Assembly: GCA_022451885.1 (NCBI GenBank)
Contig: JAKUNN010000029.1
Location: forward strand, 1-41,214
Direction of reading: 5' to 3'
DNA from: Dehalococcoidia bacterium
GTDB taxonomy: Bacteria; Chloroflexota; Dehalococcoidia; Tepidiformales; Tepidiformaceae
DNA: 41,214 nucleotides
Of this stretch, positions 39,700 through 41,214 are shown in pieces. The notes beneath the pieces were generated by a model. That model had not been told where the DNA came from and did no database searches. It saw nothing but the letters and a program-made list of their open reading frames with translations. Position 1 is the first letter of the stretch. Each line of letters opens with the position of its first letter. The translations under genes and the position numbers were made by a program.

Positions 39700-40242
39700 A
39701 TGCCAGTAATCGTTGTCCAAGAAAATATAGAAATTGAACGAACTATCCGCAGACTTGCGCATGAAATCATTGAAAATAATCAAGGCACTTCCGAACTTAT
39801 TCTAGTTGGAATTCTTACACGTGGAGCAACTCTTGCAAAGCGCATCGCGACAGAAATTGAAAACTTTGAGGGTGTTGAAATACCCACAGGTTCCCTCGAT
39901 ATTGTTCTCCATCGTGATGACCTCAATACTTCTGGGCCTGCGCCACGGCTACAAAGGAGCACTATCCCCAGAGACTTAGCGGGTACGACAGTCGTACTAG
40001 TTGATGATGTGCTTTATACAGGACGCACTTGCCGCGCTGCACTTGATGCCTTGATGGATTATGGGCGTCCTGCCTCTGTCCGTCTTGCGGTCTATATTGA
40101 TCGTGGTCATCGGGAATTACCTATCAGACCTGATTTTGTCGGTCGCAATATTCCTACAGCTCCCAATCAATCAATTCTTGTTGAATTAAATGAGGTTGAT
40201 GGAATTGACAGAGTTTCAATAATCGATGAGGAGCTGTCATGA
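39700..40242 (+). CDS. pyrR: Bifunctional pyr operon regulator / uracil phosphoribosyltransferase
   Basis: 180 aa. RLAHEIIE, LVGILTRG, and the PRPP-binding loop VVLVDDVLYTGRT. Confidence 0.92.
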   Translation: MPVIVVQENIEIERTIRRLAHEIIENNQGTSELILVGILTRGATLAKRIATEIENFEGVEIPTGSLDIVLHRDDLNTSGPAPRLQRSTIPRDLAGTTVVLVDDVLYTGRTCRAALDALMDYGRPASVRLAVYIDRGHRELPIRPDFVGRNIPTAPNQSILVELNEVDGIDRVSIIDEELS

Positions 40243-41214
40243 CTACTCGATCTAAATTAACTAACGCAGAAAAGCACACTCAGCTTGAACAAAAAATTTG
40301 GTCTCGTAAAGATTTGCTTGATACCACAGATTTAAAGCAAGAAGAATACGATCTCATATTTGAAACAGCTGAGGCTATGCTCGAAGTTCGGGAGCGTCCC
40401 GTAGCACGTACAACCACATTAAGAGGAATAACATTAGCAACCCTTTTTTATGAAAATAGCACTAGAACTCGTGCAAGCTTTGAACTTGCAGGAAAGGCGC
40501 TCGGCGCAGATGTGGTCAATCTTGCCGCATCACAAAGCAGTGTGGAAAAAGGTGAATCCTTAATAGATACCGTCCGTACACTTGAAGCAATCGGTACAGA
40601 TCTCCTTGTACTTAGGCACCCCCTTTCGGGAGCATCTGAACTAGCAAGTAAATATACAAACGCGAGTGTAATTAATGCTGGCGATGGTATGCACGCACAT
40701 CCAACGCAAGCACTTCTCGACCTATTTACGATCAAACAACATCTCAAGACAATAGCTGGAAGAAAAATAGCTATTGTCGGAGACGTTTTACATAGTCGTG
40801 TTGCGCGATCCAATATTTGGGCGTTACAAACACTTGGTGCAGAAATTGCAATTTGTGGTCCTGCGACTTTGTTACCAAAGCATTTCGATGAACTAAAAAA
40901 AGAAGGCAGCAGTATCTTTGTCTCTACACAATTACAGCCTGCGCTTAAAAATGCCGACGTTGTAATAACGCTAAGATTACAAAAAGAACGCCAGAGTACC
41001 GGCATAATCCCTTCACTTAGTGAATACATTAAAAATTACCAAATAAATAGAGAAACTATCGCGTTTGCAAATCCTAATGCAATAGTTATGCATCCAGGCC
41101 CAGTAAATCTTGGGCTTGAGATAACTCAAGAAATCGCGCAAGGACATCAGTCTGTAATCAACTCACAAGTAGCTAATGGGGTCTCCGTAAGGATGGCTTT
41201 ATTATATTTACTTG
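40239..41214 (+). CDS. pyrB: Aspartate carbamoyltransferase catalytic subunit, 3'-truncated by the window end
   Basis: My own translation from ATG 40239, which forms an ATGA overlap with the pyrR stop. It contains FYENSTRTRASFE, HPTQALLD and further ATCase motifs, and the frame stays open to the window end. It is absent from the ORF track because no stop codon is reached. Confidence 0.9.
   Translation, partial: MTTRSKLTNAEKHTQLEQKIWSRKDLLDTTDLKQEEYDLIFETAEAMLEVRERPVARTTTLRGITLATLFYENSTRTRASFELAGKALGADVVNLAASQSSVEKGESLIDTVRTLEAIGTDLLVLRHPLSGASELASKYTNASVINAGDGMHAHPTQALLDLFTIKQHLKTIAGRKIAIVGDVLHSRVARSNIWALQTLGAEIAICGPATLLPKHFDELKKEGSSIFVSTQLQPALKNADVVITLRLQKERQSTGIIPSLSEYIKNYQINRETIAFANPNAIVMHPGPVNLGLEITQEIAQGHQSVINSQVANGVSVRMALLYLL

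Noticed and set aside
40448-41029. 193-aa minus-strand ORF
   Set aside because: It is antisense to the clearly recognisable pyrB coding frame (FYENSTRTR, HPTQALLD). The Cys/Ser-rich, low-complexity translation is typical of a shadow ORF.

Overview
This is an AT-rich, very gene-dense bacterial chromosomal segment made up almost entirely of housekeeping and central-metabolism genes, in alternating strand blocks. No mobile elements, integrases, CRISPR arrays or recognisable defence genes are present.

Gene order:
- two SDR oxidoreductases (the first interrupted by an in-frame TAA) and a tandem-fused family III CoA-transferase
- cysS, convergent with dnaG
- a membrane-anchored SH3b/CARDB protein, ppdK, glmS, a small acidic orphan and nfo
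- copZ and copA, with an unresolved reading-frame junction
- ispG, convergent with ssrA (tmRNA), which is preceded by smpB
- a PDZ-S41 peptidase, a PD40 beta-propeller protein, and a DUF35 plus thiolase-fold pair
- dxs and a polyprenyl synthase, convergent with gltD-gltB
- an aminotransferase, an orphan 337-aa zinc-ribbon protein, ilvD and a DAO-family flavoprotein
- convergent with these, an LLM-class oxidoreductase and tRNA-Asn(GTT)
- a PyrR-binding leader, pyrR and a 3'-truncated pyrB

The gene content (CaiB/BaiF CoA-transferase, SDRs, LLM oxidoreductase, Ltp-type thiolase with DUF35, PyrR, compact spacing) would fit a streamlined marine Chloroflexota-like (SAR202-type) genome. That is only a low-confidence inference.

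I do not see a convincing novel multi-gene system. The observations most worth a second look are:
- the copZ/copA -1 frame junction
- the SDR in-frame stop
- the pseudo-dimeric CoA-transferase with a degenerate N-terminal half
- the Cys-less thiolase-fold protein with its DUF35 partner
- the orphan zinc-ribbon protein
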